A stretch of DNA of 63,921 bases, filler included, from Nemertoderma westbladi (GCA_032718475.1; 3 parts of 3 records of this genome joined end to end with filler, not necessarily neighbours in it); one strand, 5' to 3'. Positions 21,994 through 35,044 are shown, numbered from the whole stretch's first letter. A program made the numbers and translations. The notes: generated by a model from the sequence alone, not told the origin.

Positions 21994-24002
21994 GTGATTA
22001 TGTCGCAAAGTTCCCAGCGATGTTGCGGCTGCGTGGTCGCATTATGCGGCCCCTCCACCAAGTGCCGGTGCGTCCGCGCGGGTAGTCCATGCACCGGGTG
22101 CAAACCATCGGACGACGGCCGGTGTGGGAACCCCAACAACTTGTCGGTTTCCACCGCGTTAACGAGCGAGGGAGAAGAATCGGACTCGGATTCGTTTGCG
22201 AGTGCGGACTCGTACACGAGGAGTGGCGTGGTAACCCAGATCCCGGTACTCCGCGCAGACGAAACCGACAGTGGTGCTGGAATGATGCCATCGAACTCCT
22301 CCTCGTTGGCTAACGATCCGGATCCCGCAGCAACTCCCTCTCCTCTTCCATCGGAGCCATCGACGTCCAACCGACTGGAGGCTGCCTTCGATGGGCCGTG
22401 GCTTAATGCCCCCGGTTCGTCGACAGATCCGGACTGGGAGGCTCGCCACGCCCGCCTCACCCGGGTGGTCTGTCGCCAGTACACGGTGCCAGGCGGCAAC
22501 GTCGGGCGCAAAGTGGCGGACGTGCTCGCAAGCGAGGTGGAGAAGTTGACTGAGGGGGTCTACCCCTCGGAGAGACCCCTATGTTTCCTTGCCACGATGT
22601 TCCAGCGGGACCCCGATGTGGTGAAGGGGGCGGACATCCGGCGGACCATCCTGCGTCGACTCGGGATGTGGGAACGGGAGGAGTTCCGTCAGCTCACAGC
22701 TGAGGCGGAGCGCTGCAGCGCGAGATTCGCCCGCTCCCTTCGCTCAGCCCCACCTAACATGGCCAGGACATACAACCGGAAGATCTTGGCCGGTCAGAAC
22801 CGGTCCGCGGTCCGCCTCGTAACGGACCGGGACAGCGGCGGAGTGCTGGACCCCGAGTCCCAGGCTGAGGGTCAGCCGGTCGGTGTAACGGTTCGCGACG
22901 TCCTCGCCGCGAAACACCCGGCTCAGCTGGACGTCTCGCCAGACGCATTCGACCCGTGCGACGAGTTGCCCCCCTTCGAAGCGGTGGACATTACGGGGCA
23001 ACTCGTCTTGAAGGTATCGCGGTACCTTAGTGGTAGCGCCGGGCCCATTGGTGGTGACGCCGAACTGTGGAGCGCCCTCCTCACCCGCTACGAGGCGCAC
23101 AGCTCCCGCCTCCGCGAGGCAGTCGCTGGGTTGGCTCGACGCCTCGCCAACTCGGTGGTCCCGTGGGGGGAAATCCGGGCGCTCCGAGCGTGCCGCCTCG
23201 TCGCTATCGACAAGGAGCCCGGAGTCCGGCCGATCGGGATCGGTGAAGTTCTGTACCGGCTCACCACGAACTGCCTCACCTCGGCCACTAAAATGGACTT
23301 TATAACTGAGTGTGGGGCGGACCAGCTCTGTGCGGGAGTGAAGGCTGGGATTGAAGGCGCGGTCCACGCGATGTCGGCGATGTTTGAGCAACCCTCCACC
23401 GAGTGTATGCTCCTCGTTGACGCCGCAAATGCCTTCAACAGCCTGAGTCGCCCTGTGGCCTTGTGGAATGCGCGCGTTTACTGGCACCGGTGCTCCCGGT
23501 ACCTGTATAACGCTTATAACGGCCACGCAGCCCTCTACCTACAGGGGTCTAGCAAACCACTGTGGAGTAGGGAGGGCTATACGCAGGGCGACCCGGCCGC
23601 CATGCTGGGCTACGGCTGTGGGACTCTCCCCATGGTCCGCTCGCTGAGGGAAGTCGGATCGCTAACGCCCCCTAGTGATCCATCACCCTGCAACCTGCCA
23701 CTCAGACTCAGTGATCCGCCACCCGGTGACCCGCCATCCAGCGATCCGCCACCCAGAGACCCGTCGTCTGGCGTCCCGCAATCCGGCGACCAGAAATCCA
23801 GAGATCCGTCGTCAGACGACCCGCATTCCGGCGAACCGCCACCCGGAGACCAGCCACCCTGCGACCCGCCACCCGGCGACACGCCACCCTTCGACCCGCT
23901 ACCCGGCGACCCGCCACCCGGCTACCCGCCACCCGGCGACCCACCAGCTGTCGACCCGCCACCCTGCGACACACCACCCATCGACCCGCCACTCGGCGAC
24001 CC
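21994..24002 (+). CDS. CRE-clade non-LTR retrotransposon ORF (Cys-rich N-terminus plus RT), interrupted by BEL element A
   Basis: CRCVRAGSPCTGC; ACRLVAIDKEPGVRPIGIGEVLYRL; QLCAGVKAGIEGAVHAM; LVDAANAFNSLSR; GYTQGDP. No YxDD before the LTR starts at 24003. The final VKAFAELPRY... residues of the ORF-track entry are LTR-derived. Confidence 0.82.
23665..24002 (+). repeat. 15-bp coding minisatellite (gacccgccacccggc = DPPPG)
   Basis: About 20 degenerate units, in frame with the CRE RT. Confidence 0.9.
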
Positions 24003-25216
24003 TGTAAAAGCCTTTGCTGAATTGCCCCGTTATTTTTATTATCTTTTACATTAAAATACTCTGTAGTTGATTTAATAAGTGTAAGAGACCGTATTATTAC
24101 TGTATCGGTGTTTTTAGAGGATCTAAGACTTATTTCCTTCGTATGTGTATTGTGAAAGGTATATTTTTATGATTCTATGGCAATTCGTGACGCAAAGGAG
24201 TGATAGCTACTCTTGAACAGTAGTTACTATGACTACGGTTAACAGCTGACATTCATACGTGTTGATTTCCTTTGTTCTACGGCGTCTCTCAGCTCAGTCA
24301 GCCAATGAGAGCGTTTTTGTGGCTCCTTGTACAGAGAATTTCCGAGAAATGACGCAATGCCTATGTGCAGTGTTTATCATTCAGTCTTGAGCCAAAGAAA
24401 GAACGGCTTAGAAATATTTTGTGCTGTACTGCTTTTTAGTCGTACACTAGTAGGTTTAATTATAAAGGGCATATATCCTTTAACTGCAAACGGACTGACG
24501 GAACTGCATGCCTATGTGCACTGACATACCGGTGCTGATTTGTTGTTTTATACTGCTATTTGCTGTCAGTTCTTCATAATATGGTTGATGAATTATTATA
24601 TTTGGAATAACGATAAACAACCCCGAAACCCAATGTTCTTGATATACCGAAGGTAAGAGAGAAGGTTACAGATAAACGATTGTGACTTATGTTAAAGTGG
24701 GTTGAAGTGAATCTAATGTTATTTGATAGACCCTACATGAGTCAGCCTGTGTTCCTTTTATATGTGACTAAAATCAGTGAAGATTGGCAGATTAGTGTGC
24801 AGTATTGTGCAGCATAGTGTATGAGTGAGTCTGTTAAAGAAGCAATTCCTAAAGAATGCGCCATATATGTGGATTATAATTAAGCCATATCGTTGCGAGT
24901 AGTTTAAGTCATAACTCTGTTTATGTAGATAAAGCGCCACGTCCTAAAGGAACTGTTAATATTACCGAAGGTGAATAATATTGTCAGAGATTATATAATA
25001 CTGTCAGTCGAATAATACATTAGGCTTACATAGCAATAAAAATTAAACCGTCGAACCCAATCTCCCGGGAATATCCAGCGGGTGAATGGTCGCGCACGGA
25101 TTGGTTTCGACTAGTGTAGTGAATCAAATACTTGTCATAGACTAAAAAGCGATTTATTATCTAGAAGACATTCTAATTTGGCGGGTTAAACTGCCAAAGG
25201 TCTGAAAGCGCGAACA
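24003..25216 (+). repeat. 5' LTR of element A
   Basis: Begins TGTAAAAGC and ends GCGCGAACA like the element B LTRs; CCAAT at 24302; AATAAA at ~25035; shares the taacagttcctttaggacgtggcgcttt block with B in reverse complement. Confidence 0.85.
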
Positions 25217-25228
25217 TTAAAGGATATA
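25217..25228 (+). promoter_or_regulatory. Non-tRNA PBS-position sequence, complementary to own LTR 24472-24483
   Basis: ttaaaggatata is the exact reverse complement of tatatcctttaa. Confidence 0.7.
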
Positions 25229-27412
25229 GCTTCTTATTGCAGTAAGCAATAAAGTTAAAAGTACCGGTCAACCGGTACATCTGTAGGTCAGTAGGCCCAA
25301 CTGCCAGAACCGGTACCAGTAGGCCTGACTGCCTGATCATCCGGACCGGTACCTACAGCAGTATTATTCGATTTTGATAATTATATACCGGTAGGCCTTA
25401 ATAATTAATCAGGGAGGGCCCGCCCTGGTTTTTTATTGAGATTTTACTTATTTCTGTCAAGTTTTATTTATTTGTAGGCCAGTATTGAACAGAAGGCGTG
25501 TAAACCTGATCAGATTGTACAGACAATTTGTAGGCTGAGCTGTTGTCTGATTGCTGTTAAGTCTGAACGGATTGCAGTGTGTGTAGAGCAACTGTCCGAT
25601 TAAGTACGGTTAGGAAGTTTGGGCAGCCAATGCAGTAAGGTAAACCCCAATTAAAGAATAAGTCGTACTACTGGGTTAGAACGCATACTCTCTAATCATT
25701 TCGGAGTCTGCATGTACTGTGGTTTATTTAGACTTGAGAGTAGTCTGCCATCGTTTGGTCTGTACTTTGTTTGTGTAAGTCTGTACAGGTAGCGTATAAT
25801 TTTATTTAGATAACTTGTAGGCTGGATAGTTGTCTGGCTGTTATTAAGTCTGAACGGATTGTAGTGTGTGTAGAGCATCTGTCCGATTAAGTAAGGTTAG
25901 GAAGTTGAGGCAGCCAATGCAGTAAGGTAAACCCTCAATTAAAGAATAAGGCGTACTACTGGGTTAGAACGCATACTCCCTAATCGTTTCGGAGTCTGCA
26001 TATACCGTGGTTTGTTTAGGCTTGATAGTAGTCTGTCAGTATTTAGTCTGCATTTTGTTTAAGTGGTTTGTACGCGTTGCGTAATATTTATTATTCAGAG
26101 TTTATGCGATTATTCGCAACATTCATGTCCCCAAGTTTGTTCCTACAGTAATTGTGTTTGTTATACATACCGCTATAGTTAAATTAACCCGGTACTATAC
26201 GGGCTGCTCGGCGTAGGTAAAGACTGGTGATTTTGTGCATCGGTCACTCCAGCAGATGCCGTGGTTCTTTTAGCTGTTCAAGTATATTTAACTGCTGATT
26301 ATTTGTTGTACAAGTACTCGTACCTAATTTAGGGTTTAGTGTACAGTGCTTTCCTGAAGTAATTAGTGTAGACATTATATTTGTGTTGTAAAGTGGTTGA
26401 TAGGCACATTCGATTAGCTCTATTAACTTCTAGGTAGGAACACTCCGTGATACATAACGTAGAACCTATAGCGATACGGCTATAGGTCGTCAGGCGGTGG
26501 TATTTTCCTATCTAGACAACGCAGTGTATTTACTACTACTTATTATTTCAAATACCGTAGTACCCTGTCCGCTGTAATAATCAGTTTTCTAACCCTTTGT
26601 TAGGCTGGTTTGTAGACTTCTTGTAAAATTACCCTAAAAAATTCGTATTTGCGTTTTTGTAAATTTTTGCATTTATTTAGAGATTGTAATCTCACCCGAA
26701 TTGTACGTAATTTGTAGTATTAAGTAACTTAGGTAAATTAGAATTATTTGTTTTAGTGTCCTATACGTAACACTTCACTGAAAGCGCACCGCTTTGTGTA
26801 GTGATTACTCCCCAGAAATAATAACATTTATTTCAAACATTGACAAAACCCACTAAAACGGGTATATATATATTATAAATCAAATCTAACGATTTATAAA
26901 TCGTAGGCCTACCATACAACCATTAGGTCTCAATATCAGTTGGATTACTGCTCAAATAACGGTAATAAAGTAAGTTAAAGTAACCAAGTAACCCTAAAAT
27001 ACAGAAATTCAATTATTTAAAATAATTGATATACCGGTATTTACGATAGGCCTATTATCTTTATTTTTATAAATCTAGGTTGAAATTATACCGGTACTTG
27101 TAATTAATTATATTTCAGAATTATATATCCTACAAACTGTAAGCTGTATACCGGTATTCCGATAGGCCTATTATATATTTATATATATTTGTGCTAAAAT
27201 TATACCGGTATTCTGTGATAAACCTAGTCTGTAATAATACTTATATAGTTATATATACTATAAGTATACCGGTATTCTAATATATTATATATATATCACG
27301 CTACACTGAGTAGCAGTAACGGTAATTAATTACTAGGCTAGCGGTTCATACTGAGTTATTAGACTTACTCAGACTGTAATACAGCAGTAGACATTCAACG
27401 GTATACATAGTC

Positions 27413-28763
27413 ATGTCTGATACTAAGCAGAACCTGTCAGACAGTTTATTAGATGTAACTATCTGCGACTCAGATAGAGACGTACAAACGTCTGGTCGTA
27501 AATCCAGTTCACCTCCCACTGTGAGGAAGGTCATCCCTCCAGTAGTAATAACAGAACCTAGGCTGGTCCAACATCGTAGGTCTATCATAGGCACTCGAGC
27601 TCAGGTCAAGCGGGACCAAAAGGCAGCGGAACAGCAACAACCCGCTAGTCAAGAACTTATTCCTCAGCGGCCCAGCAGCTCCAGTAGTGAGGATACTGTA
27701 GAGCTGACACCAGAGAGCGGAGCAGAGATGACGGATGCGGTTTATACGGATCCCCTTCTCATCCTTCCTGCAGCCGTGCTCGCTGGGTTATTGATCGCGG
27801 TGGAAGAACACCAGATCGATTGGGCGAGAAGTCAACGGTCAACTAGAGATAGCTACGCGGGCTACACTAGTGAAGAACTGAAGTCTATTGTCGAGTCGCA
27901 ATGGAACTTCCCCGGACCCGGACTCCCGTTTGATTTATCAGAAGCTGCCTGGGAAGACATACACCGGATGGGAGTAGCCAAGGAAACCATCGATCCAGCT
28001 GTGTGGAAGAGGTCCGCAGCCGGATACGCACAGGGATTCTTCAGCTCTATGGAGCGAATAGAAAAGCAACTTTTTCAACAACCTCAAGGACCTCAAGAGC
28101 AGGGATCGCTGCTTTATCAAGTTAGAGAAAGAGTTCTGCGGATTAGGCTAATCTTATCCGCCTTTGAGGAGGCTTCTAAAAGAAGGCAAGACACGTCGTT
28201 GCAAGTTGCCGTAAAGACTTGGTTTCAACGGGTGAGTTGCCAGGTTCAAGGAGCAGCTCAGTGGAAGGCTCAGTTGGAGGAGCGCTCAACCCATGGAGAA
28301 TCAACAGACGCTACTTTTTCCCAAGTGGAAAGTGAAGCGACGGCAGAGAAACCGCATAAGAAGGATGCCATTGATATCTATCTGTCAGACTATCAGCGTT
28401 TTGTGGGAGATGAAGAGTTGAGGAGAAGGCTAGAGGGACTTAGCCCTAATAGTGAAGGAGCCCAGCGTGTGTTAGATGCAATTGATGTGGATAGGTTAGC
28501 GGCGAACCAAGCTAAATTCGATGAACAACTCCGCATCGCTAGAGAAAAGGAAGAACAAGTAAAGAAAAAACGTATAGAAGACAGAAAGGCAGCGGCAGTA
28601 GCAGCAGCAGTGGCAGCTGCAGAAGCAGAAACAAAGGCGGCAGCGGCAGAGGCAGCGGCAGAGGCAAAAGCGGCAGCGGCAGAGGCAATGGCAGAGGCAA
28701 AAGCGGCAGCGGCAGAGGCAGCGGCAGAGGCAAAAGCGGCAGAAGCAGAAAGAAAGGCGGCAA
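27413..28763 (+). CDS. Gag N-terminal region with Ala/Glu/Lys coiled coil (element A), partial
   Basis: Aligns along its length with ORF 44554-46254, which leads into the BEL gag core; ends in a gap. Confidence 0.85.
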
Positions 28764-28863
28764 NNNNNNNNNNNNNNNNNNNNNNNNNNNNNNNNNNNNN
28801 NNNNNNNTTAATTAATTAANNNNNNNNNNNNNNNNNNNNNNNNNNNNNNNNNNNNNNNNNNNN
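28764..28863. other. Artificial contig linker (N44-TTAATTAATTAA-N44)
   Basis: Six-frame stop linker inside Ns; identical to the one at 50978-51077. Confidence 0.97.
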
Positions 28864-29754
28864 CCCCCCTTTCCCAACATAACATGTATGTGTTAATATA
28901 ATATACCCTACATTGATGTGAGGAGCTGTGTAATATAAATATTAGTAAGCCAGCACTATGACAGATGTGTACTATACTGTACCATACCTAACATGTTGTT
29001 AGATGAAGTGTTAATTAACAGTAATAACCATGTTGTTGTAGTGGCCAGTTGCAAGTCATCATAAATCTTAGTTAGAGCCGATCCGCTGAACCCCCCTCCA
29101 TCCCGTCTAATATACCCGAAAAACATGTTCATGTACCAGCTGTTCTGCTGCACTAGTACTGTACCCGACCTATCATGTTGTAAGGTCATGTGTAAGTAAA
29201 TGCTTAAATGTGATGAATCAAAGAATAGATCTAGTCGTGTAACTTTGGCTCAACTTTGGAATATAATAATATACTGTAGCAGTAGCCCACCATCTGCATA
29301 ACATTTATGGAAAAGGGACGATAGTGTTGATGGCTAAACAATAAACCCAAAGAATAATTATAGGTTGGTAATCATTAAACAGATATTGATGCGAGTGGCC
29401 GTCCAACATTAAATGTTTGTGTGCCAGCTGGTTTGCTGTACTGTACCCAATCTAACATGTTGTTAGGTCATGTGTAAATCTGATGACTCATTAAAGATTA
29501 GTTCGTATGTATATTTCTGTATTTGACCATACTGCCAATGTAATTGTTCATGAGCAAGCTTGATGACCGTTGTATTAATACTGCCGTCCTATCTTGTTGT
29601 TAGATCAGGTGTGAAGGGGGCGGTTTAATTAAAAGATTCGGAAGCATACTACAGTACTATGTATGATTATAAGGCAATATAATGTACTCTACCTAACATT
29701 TTCTTACCTAGTGGAATTGGGATATGCTATCAAAAGGCTAAATGAGCTAAAAAG

Positions 29755-30400
29755 GTAAAATTTGTAATGGAAGCCTATAGGAGCGGACCAACTATCGGTA
29801 GTATATACATAATTTACGTTAATTATTTTAGCTATTTTATAAATTATTAATTCCATATGTTGGATTAAAGAATATAATTATTATTATATACATACTCCTG
29901 GTATTTGGTCCGCTGGTCCGCACTATGGGATAATTAAATACCCGCGCTATTAGATTTTTAAACACCAACCCCAAATCATTCCAAGCCCCATTTTTTCTGA
30001 TTTGGCCCCCAAAGAAACCCTTTTCCCGGGGGATCTTCCCCCAGAACAAACACAAATGCTGCTAAATGATTTAGAAATAAGCGATTACCTATATATAGAC
30101 TACTGGTATTTGGTCCGGGCTAATGCTTTCCAATGTAAAATTTGTAATGGAAGCCTATAGGAGCGGACCAACTATCGGTAGTATATCATACTCCTGGTAT
30201 TTGGTCCGCTGGTCCGCACTATGGGATAATTAAATACCCGCGCTATTAGATTTTTAAACACCAACCCCAAATCATTCCAAGCCCCATTTTTTCTGATTTG
30301 GCCCCCAAAGAAACCCTTTTCCCGGGGGATCTTCCCCCAGAACAAACACAACACTGTTCAGCTGTTGCTAAATGATTTAGAAATAAGTGTTTGCCTATAG
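29755..30400. repeat. Tandem duplication of a ~335-bp dispersed repeat; further pieces at 37040-37263 and 50160-50203
   Basis: Near-identical blocks; the ORF track gives the same peptide at 29837 and 30172. Confidence 0.85.
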
Positions 30401-31730
30401 GGTGAGTGAGGGAGACTTGAACCCCAAAATTTATAATTGCTCTAAAGAACAGATAAATGAATTTTTCAATGCCGTTTTAACTTTTTCACATTAGGCCTAC
30501 CTGATTACATTTATGATTGTTATCATTATGTGAGAGTTTGAGAATTTCTTTTTTAGAACTTTTTTAATCTGTTAATTAAACCAATTATTCGTATTTTCGA
30601 AAAAGCGTCAAGTCTCCGTCAATGGGGGGCGACTTGACACCTAGGGTGGGAGACTTGAACCCCACCTCTCATTCTTGTAGATTCTTTCAAAAATGCATAA
30701 GAAGTGTAATAATTACATGTTCGACATGTCTATTTTATTTTATACTGTTATAGTAGAGCAGCAAACGGGCAAAAAATACGATTATTAATTTGTCAAATTA
30801 TTATCCCAAATTTTGTACAAATTTAGGTGGTCATTCACATGGGCCTGGTTCTCCTAACAAGAAATAAATAAATTATAGTTATTTGAAAGAACCGCAATAA
30901 AATTTAACAGTTTAACGCGGGAAGGTACTGTTTATTAATGAATATCTTGTATAATTTTCAATCCAGGCACCAGGAGTTGGAGCACTTTAATTGTTTTCCT
31001 TCTAATTCTATTGATGTGTGCCGCTTTCTGACGTACGGCATTTTGTTTAAGTTGTCAATCACCAAGTTGGCGGGCTGCCACATTGCAATGAGGGGAAGGA
31101 AGAGTTGTTGGTTGGCTTGGCTGGGTTTGGTTTAATCTAGAGAGGGGCTAGGGTTAACTCTTCAAATTCCGGACAAATCAAATTCCGGACACCATGGTCA
31201 AATTACGGACAAATTTAAATTTCATTGGTACAAACTATAGAATTAATATCTGATTTTGTACAATAGCCAGAATAGCCTATAGACTTTGATCACTGATGAC
31301 TTAGAGGTACTGTCAGAATCACTAGAGGGAGCCCAAACTGCCAAAGGCTCCTCTGCCAATCGGAGCAGGTTGCTTCTAGTGTCTGGTCTTTTTGTAAATT
31401 CTAAGAAGACCAAAATAATCACAGTCAACCTAGACAGCCCTCAAGAAATGTCTGATTGTAAGGGCACCAGCTCTACGGGCAAACGGATGGCTTTCTTGAG
31501 CACGTGTATGACTTCTGTTACTTCGGATCATGGATCATAAAGTTAGGCAGTCAGGTGAAGACCTTCGGATACGTAAGGGGAGGGCATGGGCAGCGTTAAA
31601 TAGTCTATCCATGATTTGGAAGTCCCATAGAATAAAACATAACCTTAAGGTTTGATTATTTAGAGCAGCAATAGTACCAGTGTAGTCTTATGGGAGTCCA
31701 TGCTGAGCTCTACCTAGCTTGACTCTTGGG

Positions 31731-34373
31731 CAGTCAGGGAGATCATCAATTTTGGGGTTACCCCAAATTTCGAATTCTGGTAATAGACTGTCGAAAATTG
31801 GGGTTTTTTGTTCAAATTTGAGGTATTTTTAGGCTCATAATATCGAGTGTTGCTGCGACTTAGGGAAACTATTGGAGCAACTTCTACTTTTAATATGTTA
31901 AAATATAATGTAAAATAAGAACTTTTATCGATGCAATAAAATATTTCACCGATGCAAACATGCTTTTATTGGGGGCGAAAATTGAAATTTGAGGTTAAAC
32001 CTCAAATTTGAGACAAAACCTCAAATTTCGCCAGCCTGTACAACATCACCAGCCTGTCAGCAGTAGGGTGTAGCAGTAGGCTTTGCTGCTTAGTGCTTAT
32101 AGAGCTTGGTGAGAATGGGTGACCAGTGTAACCTGTGACATGACATGTATGCAGGGTAGGCTTAACCTTACAGCACAGTAACTTACAGTCAATAACTTTA
32201 ATGATTGTTAACTCCGTTAGTGATTGGTGAGAAAAATGCAGAAGACTAGAGAAATTCTCTATCCTTACAGCCTTACTGTTGGTAAGAAGAACAGTAGACC
32301 AAATCCTCACTGTTGCGAGATTCAAGCTCACACAGCTGCACAGTCACAGACTCAGGAAGACCTACTATATCTTGTGGATGTTGAATCAATTCCAGAATTT
32401 GGAAGTTTACATATTCTGGCATTCATCTGTTCTGTTCATCATTCATATCACACATCTTCGGAAAAAAATATGTTTTCTGGTTGTTGATGTCCTCTTTAAC
32501 ACTTTGTATATCAAATGAAGCCATTCCTCTCCTGATAGCCTGAAGACTTATGTAATATTCGCCTGTCCTAGCTCTATCTGTCAATTGGAATACTGTACCA
32601 TCAGTTTGGAGCCCAGACAAATGTTGCCGCAAAGGTTGACAGGTTGACGTGGTTTATACAATATATGTGGACTTGATTCTTTTGTTAGTTATTCTATATG
32701 ACTGGCAACTGGAGACTCTAAAGTTGGAACCACCACCTACTGCAGTATACAATAATACATCAATTAAAGTTCAATTTGATAATGTGCTTTAAACTTATAT
32801 GTAAAGATCTAAACCTGATCCTCCATTACAACAATGTGCAACATAATATCCCAGCCAGACATCCAATGCAATCATGACCTGGCCATATATATAAAATTAT
32901 GAAGCAAAGGCCAAGCCCCGCCCATCTGCCCATGCTGCCATGTCTGGGTCTGCTTTTTCCATACATCACCTCTTCTTTATCAGGGTCATTAACATATGGA
33001 ACATGCTGGACCTGGAACACAGTAGAAACATCATCATCTCATCACTAATCGCTAGTCTTTTAAACAGTCTTTAGACTCTGCTTTCTTATCAAGACATCTG
33101 AAATGTTTTAGAAATCTAAGTGACTGTTTGTTTATAGGCCTACTATACATACATAAATCCTTATAAATTGACCTTATGAGGAACCAGAATCATTTATAAC
33201 TTGGGCAAAAAGTATAACCTTTTTCACCAACCTATTCTCGAGGCTTTATCTCATTTCTGGAGTAAACCTTGCAGGCACTAAAGTTGCATTGCAATAGTCG
33301 ATAGTGTGTAGGGATGGATTTTGCTTTTTATTCCAAAATTTTAACATTACGAAATGATTGTACATATACATTTCGATCAAAAATTTTGATCAACACTTTC
33401 AATGAAATTTTAGAAATTCCACCAAAAATATTTTGGCACTTGTGTCAAATCAAATAGGTGACCCTCCTAATCTGCTAATCCTGAAATCACCAGCTAATGC
33501 TGAAATTTAGTGCAGGTGATATCAATATTCCTAACTCTTGTTTATTGTTTTTTGGTTACTTTCAACTCACCTCTGTAACCTGCTCCTTTGCTAACCCTGT
33601 AACCGGACACTAGTGAAAGTGACTTTAGTTTTGGTGATTTCAGGATTAGCAGAATAGGAGCTAGGAGGGTCTCCTACAGCCCTATTTGACACAAGTGCCA
33701 ATGTTTTATTTTACTTTTTTTACCGGGAGAAAAAGTAAAATCAATGCAAAATTATGGCTCTATGGTGCATTATTATGTGGCAATATTATTCAATATTATT
33801 GCAGGTTGCTGTTGTTGCCGACTTTGCAAAAGCTGTGCCCAACAAAAAGTTACAATATTCAGATATTACGGGGACAACTTTTTCCCTACTAGTGGGGAAA
33901 AAAAGTAGGCCTACTACTTTTTCTCCCGATTTTAGGGCATATTCAAGCAAAAAAGTAACAATATAAAAATAGCTGAAGTTCTTTAAGCTCTGTACTTCGT
34001 TTTATATGTCTACCATCTGATCAGCCACCCCACTGCACCCCTACCAGTAGCCTTTTTAAGTATAAGCCTTTTTAAACTAATACTGAATATGTTTTAATTT
34101 TAAATATTATATTTCACAACACTCAGACACTACCCTAGGCCTACATCAGTTTATTTTTTTACCTTTGCAATACAGTAACAAGCTAACAACTACTGAACTA
34201 GGGCAACTATGACTTCTGTCTGTATCTGACTATGCTGCTATGAAATTCAAATTTGGGGTATAACTCAAATTTAGAGAATTAACCTAACCTTGTATTAAAA
34301 TTGAGGTAATTCCAAAATTGGGTCTATAATTTGAAATTTGAGGTATTCTCAAATTTGATGATCTCCCTGACTG
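31731..34373. mobile_element. 2.6-kb DNA transposon with CAGTCAGGGAGATCATCAA TIRs and a 5-bp TSD (TTGGG); hAT5-like
   Basis: ttggg|cagtcagggagatcatcaa ... ttgatgatctccctgactg|ttggg; subterminal aaatttgagg repeats; decayed exon-like stretches on the minus strand. Confidence 0.85.
33457..33674. mobile_element. Small MITE
   Basis: ggtgaccctccta..tctgctaatcctgaaatcacca is inverted at 33632-33674; TA flanks. Confidence 0.7.
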
Positions 34374-35044
34374 TTGGGCGGAGCCGCCTCCGCTTTGCAG
34401 GACTGCATAGACAGATTCCAGATTCAAGGAGAGTAACTGGAGCAGTGTATTCTGTTACTATTTTCTACAAGATATTTTAGTTATTTTAGAGTAATACTGT
34501 ATACAAATTAATTGTTGTATATAGTCCAATCAGGCCAATAGTCAAGTCCGTCTATCATATACATTTAGTGGGCCTATAATTTTGTTATTATTGTATACCA
34601 ATTATTATCATTAAGCAATCCAATGCTGCAATGCAGTTAGTTCATTTAAACAAAAATATTTTAAATAACACGGGTAGTGGGTGGGTGAGACGGGATGGGC
34701 GTGGGGGGGGGGGGGGGGGGGGGGGGCAACAGCCCCCCCTTCGCAAATCCCATCTTGGTGAATGAATATTTCGCTTCAATGTTAAATTCTCAATTTAGGG
34801 AAATGTCAAATGACACGAATGAGCAGATTATAGTGACACGTATTTCTAACCAAAACAATAAATGGAACACAATACAACAGGTTATAGTTATATTTATGAG
34901 GAGTAGGCCCTAGTCGAACTGTTATTTGTGTCGAATTTCATGGAGAGGGATGCAATATTATTGCTTTGTACAATTGAAAGTCCCTTCACCCCCAATCTGG
35001 GGTGGGTATGCAAAACATAAAGCATTGCATAACTTCATTACATA

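Larger units (their letters stand above)
24003..28763 (+). mobile_element. BEL/Pao LTR retrotransposon A (5' LTR, 2.2-kb leader, gag start), cut by an assembly gap
   Basis: LTR, leader and gag are homologous to element B in inverted orientation. Confidence 0.88.
31287..34403 (+). pseudogene. Old diverged RTE fragment, split by the 31731-34373 insertion
   Basis: 31287-31730 is homologous to the 8005-8400 region of the first RTE copy; homology resumes at 34379 (gccgcctccgctttgcaggac). Confidence 0.8.

Noticed and set aside
28764-28863. TTAATTAATTAA palindrome within Ns (also 50978-51077)
   Set aside because: Artificial six-frame-stop linker. Adjacency across these gaps is not evidence of real linkage.
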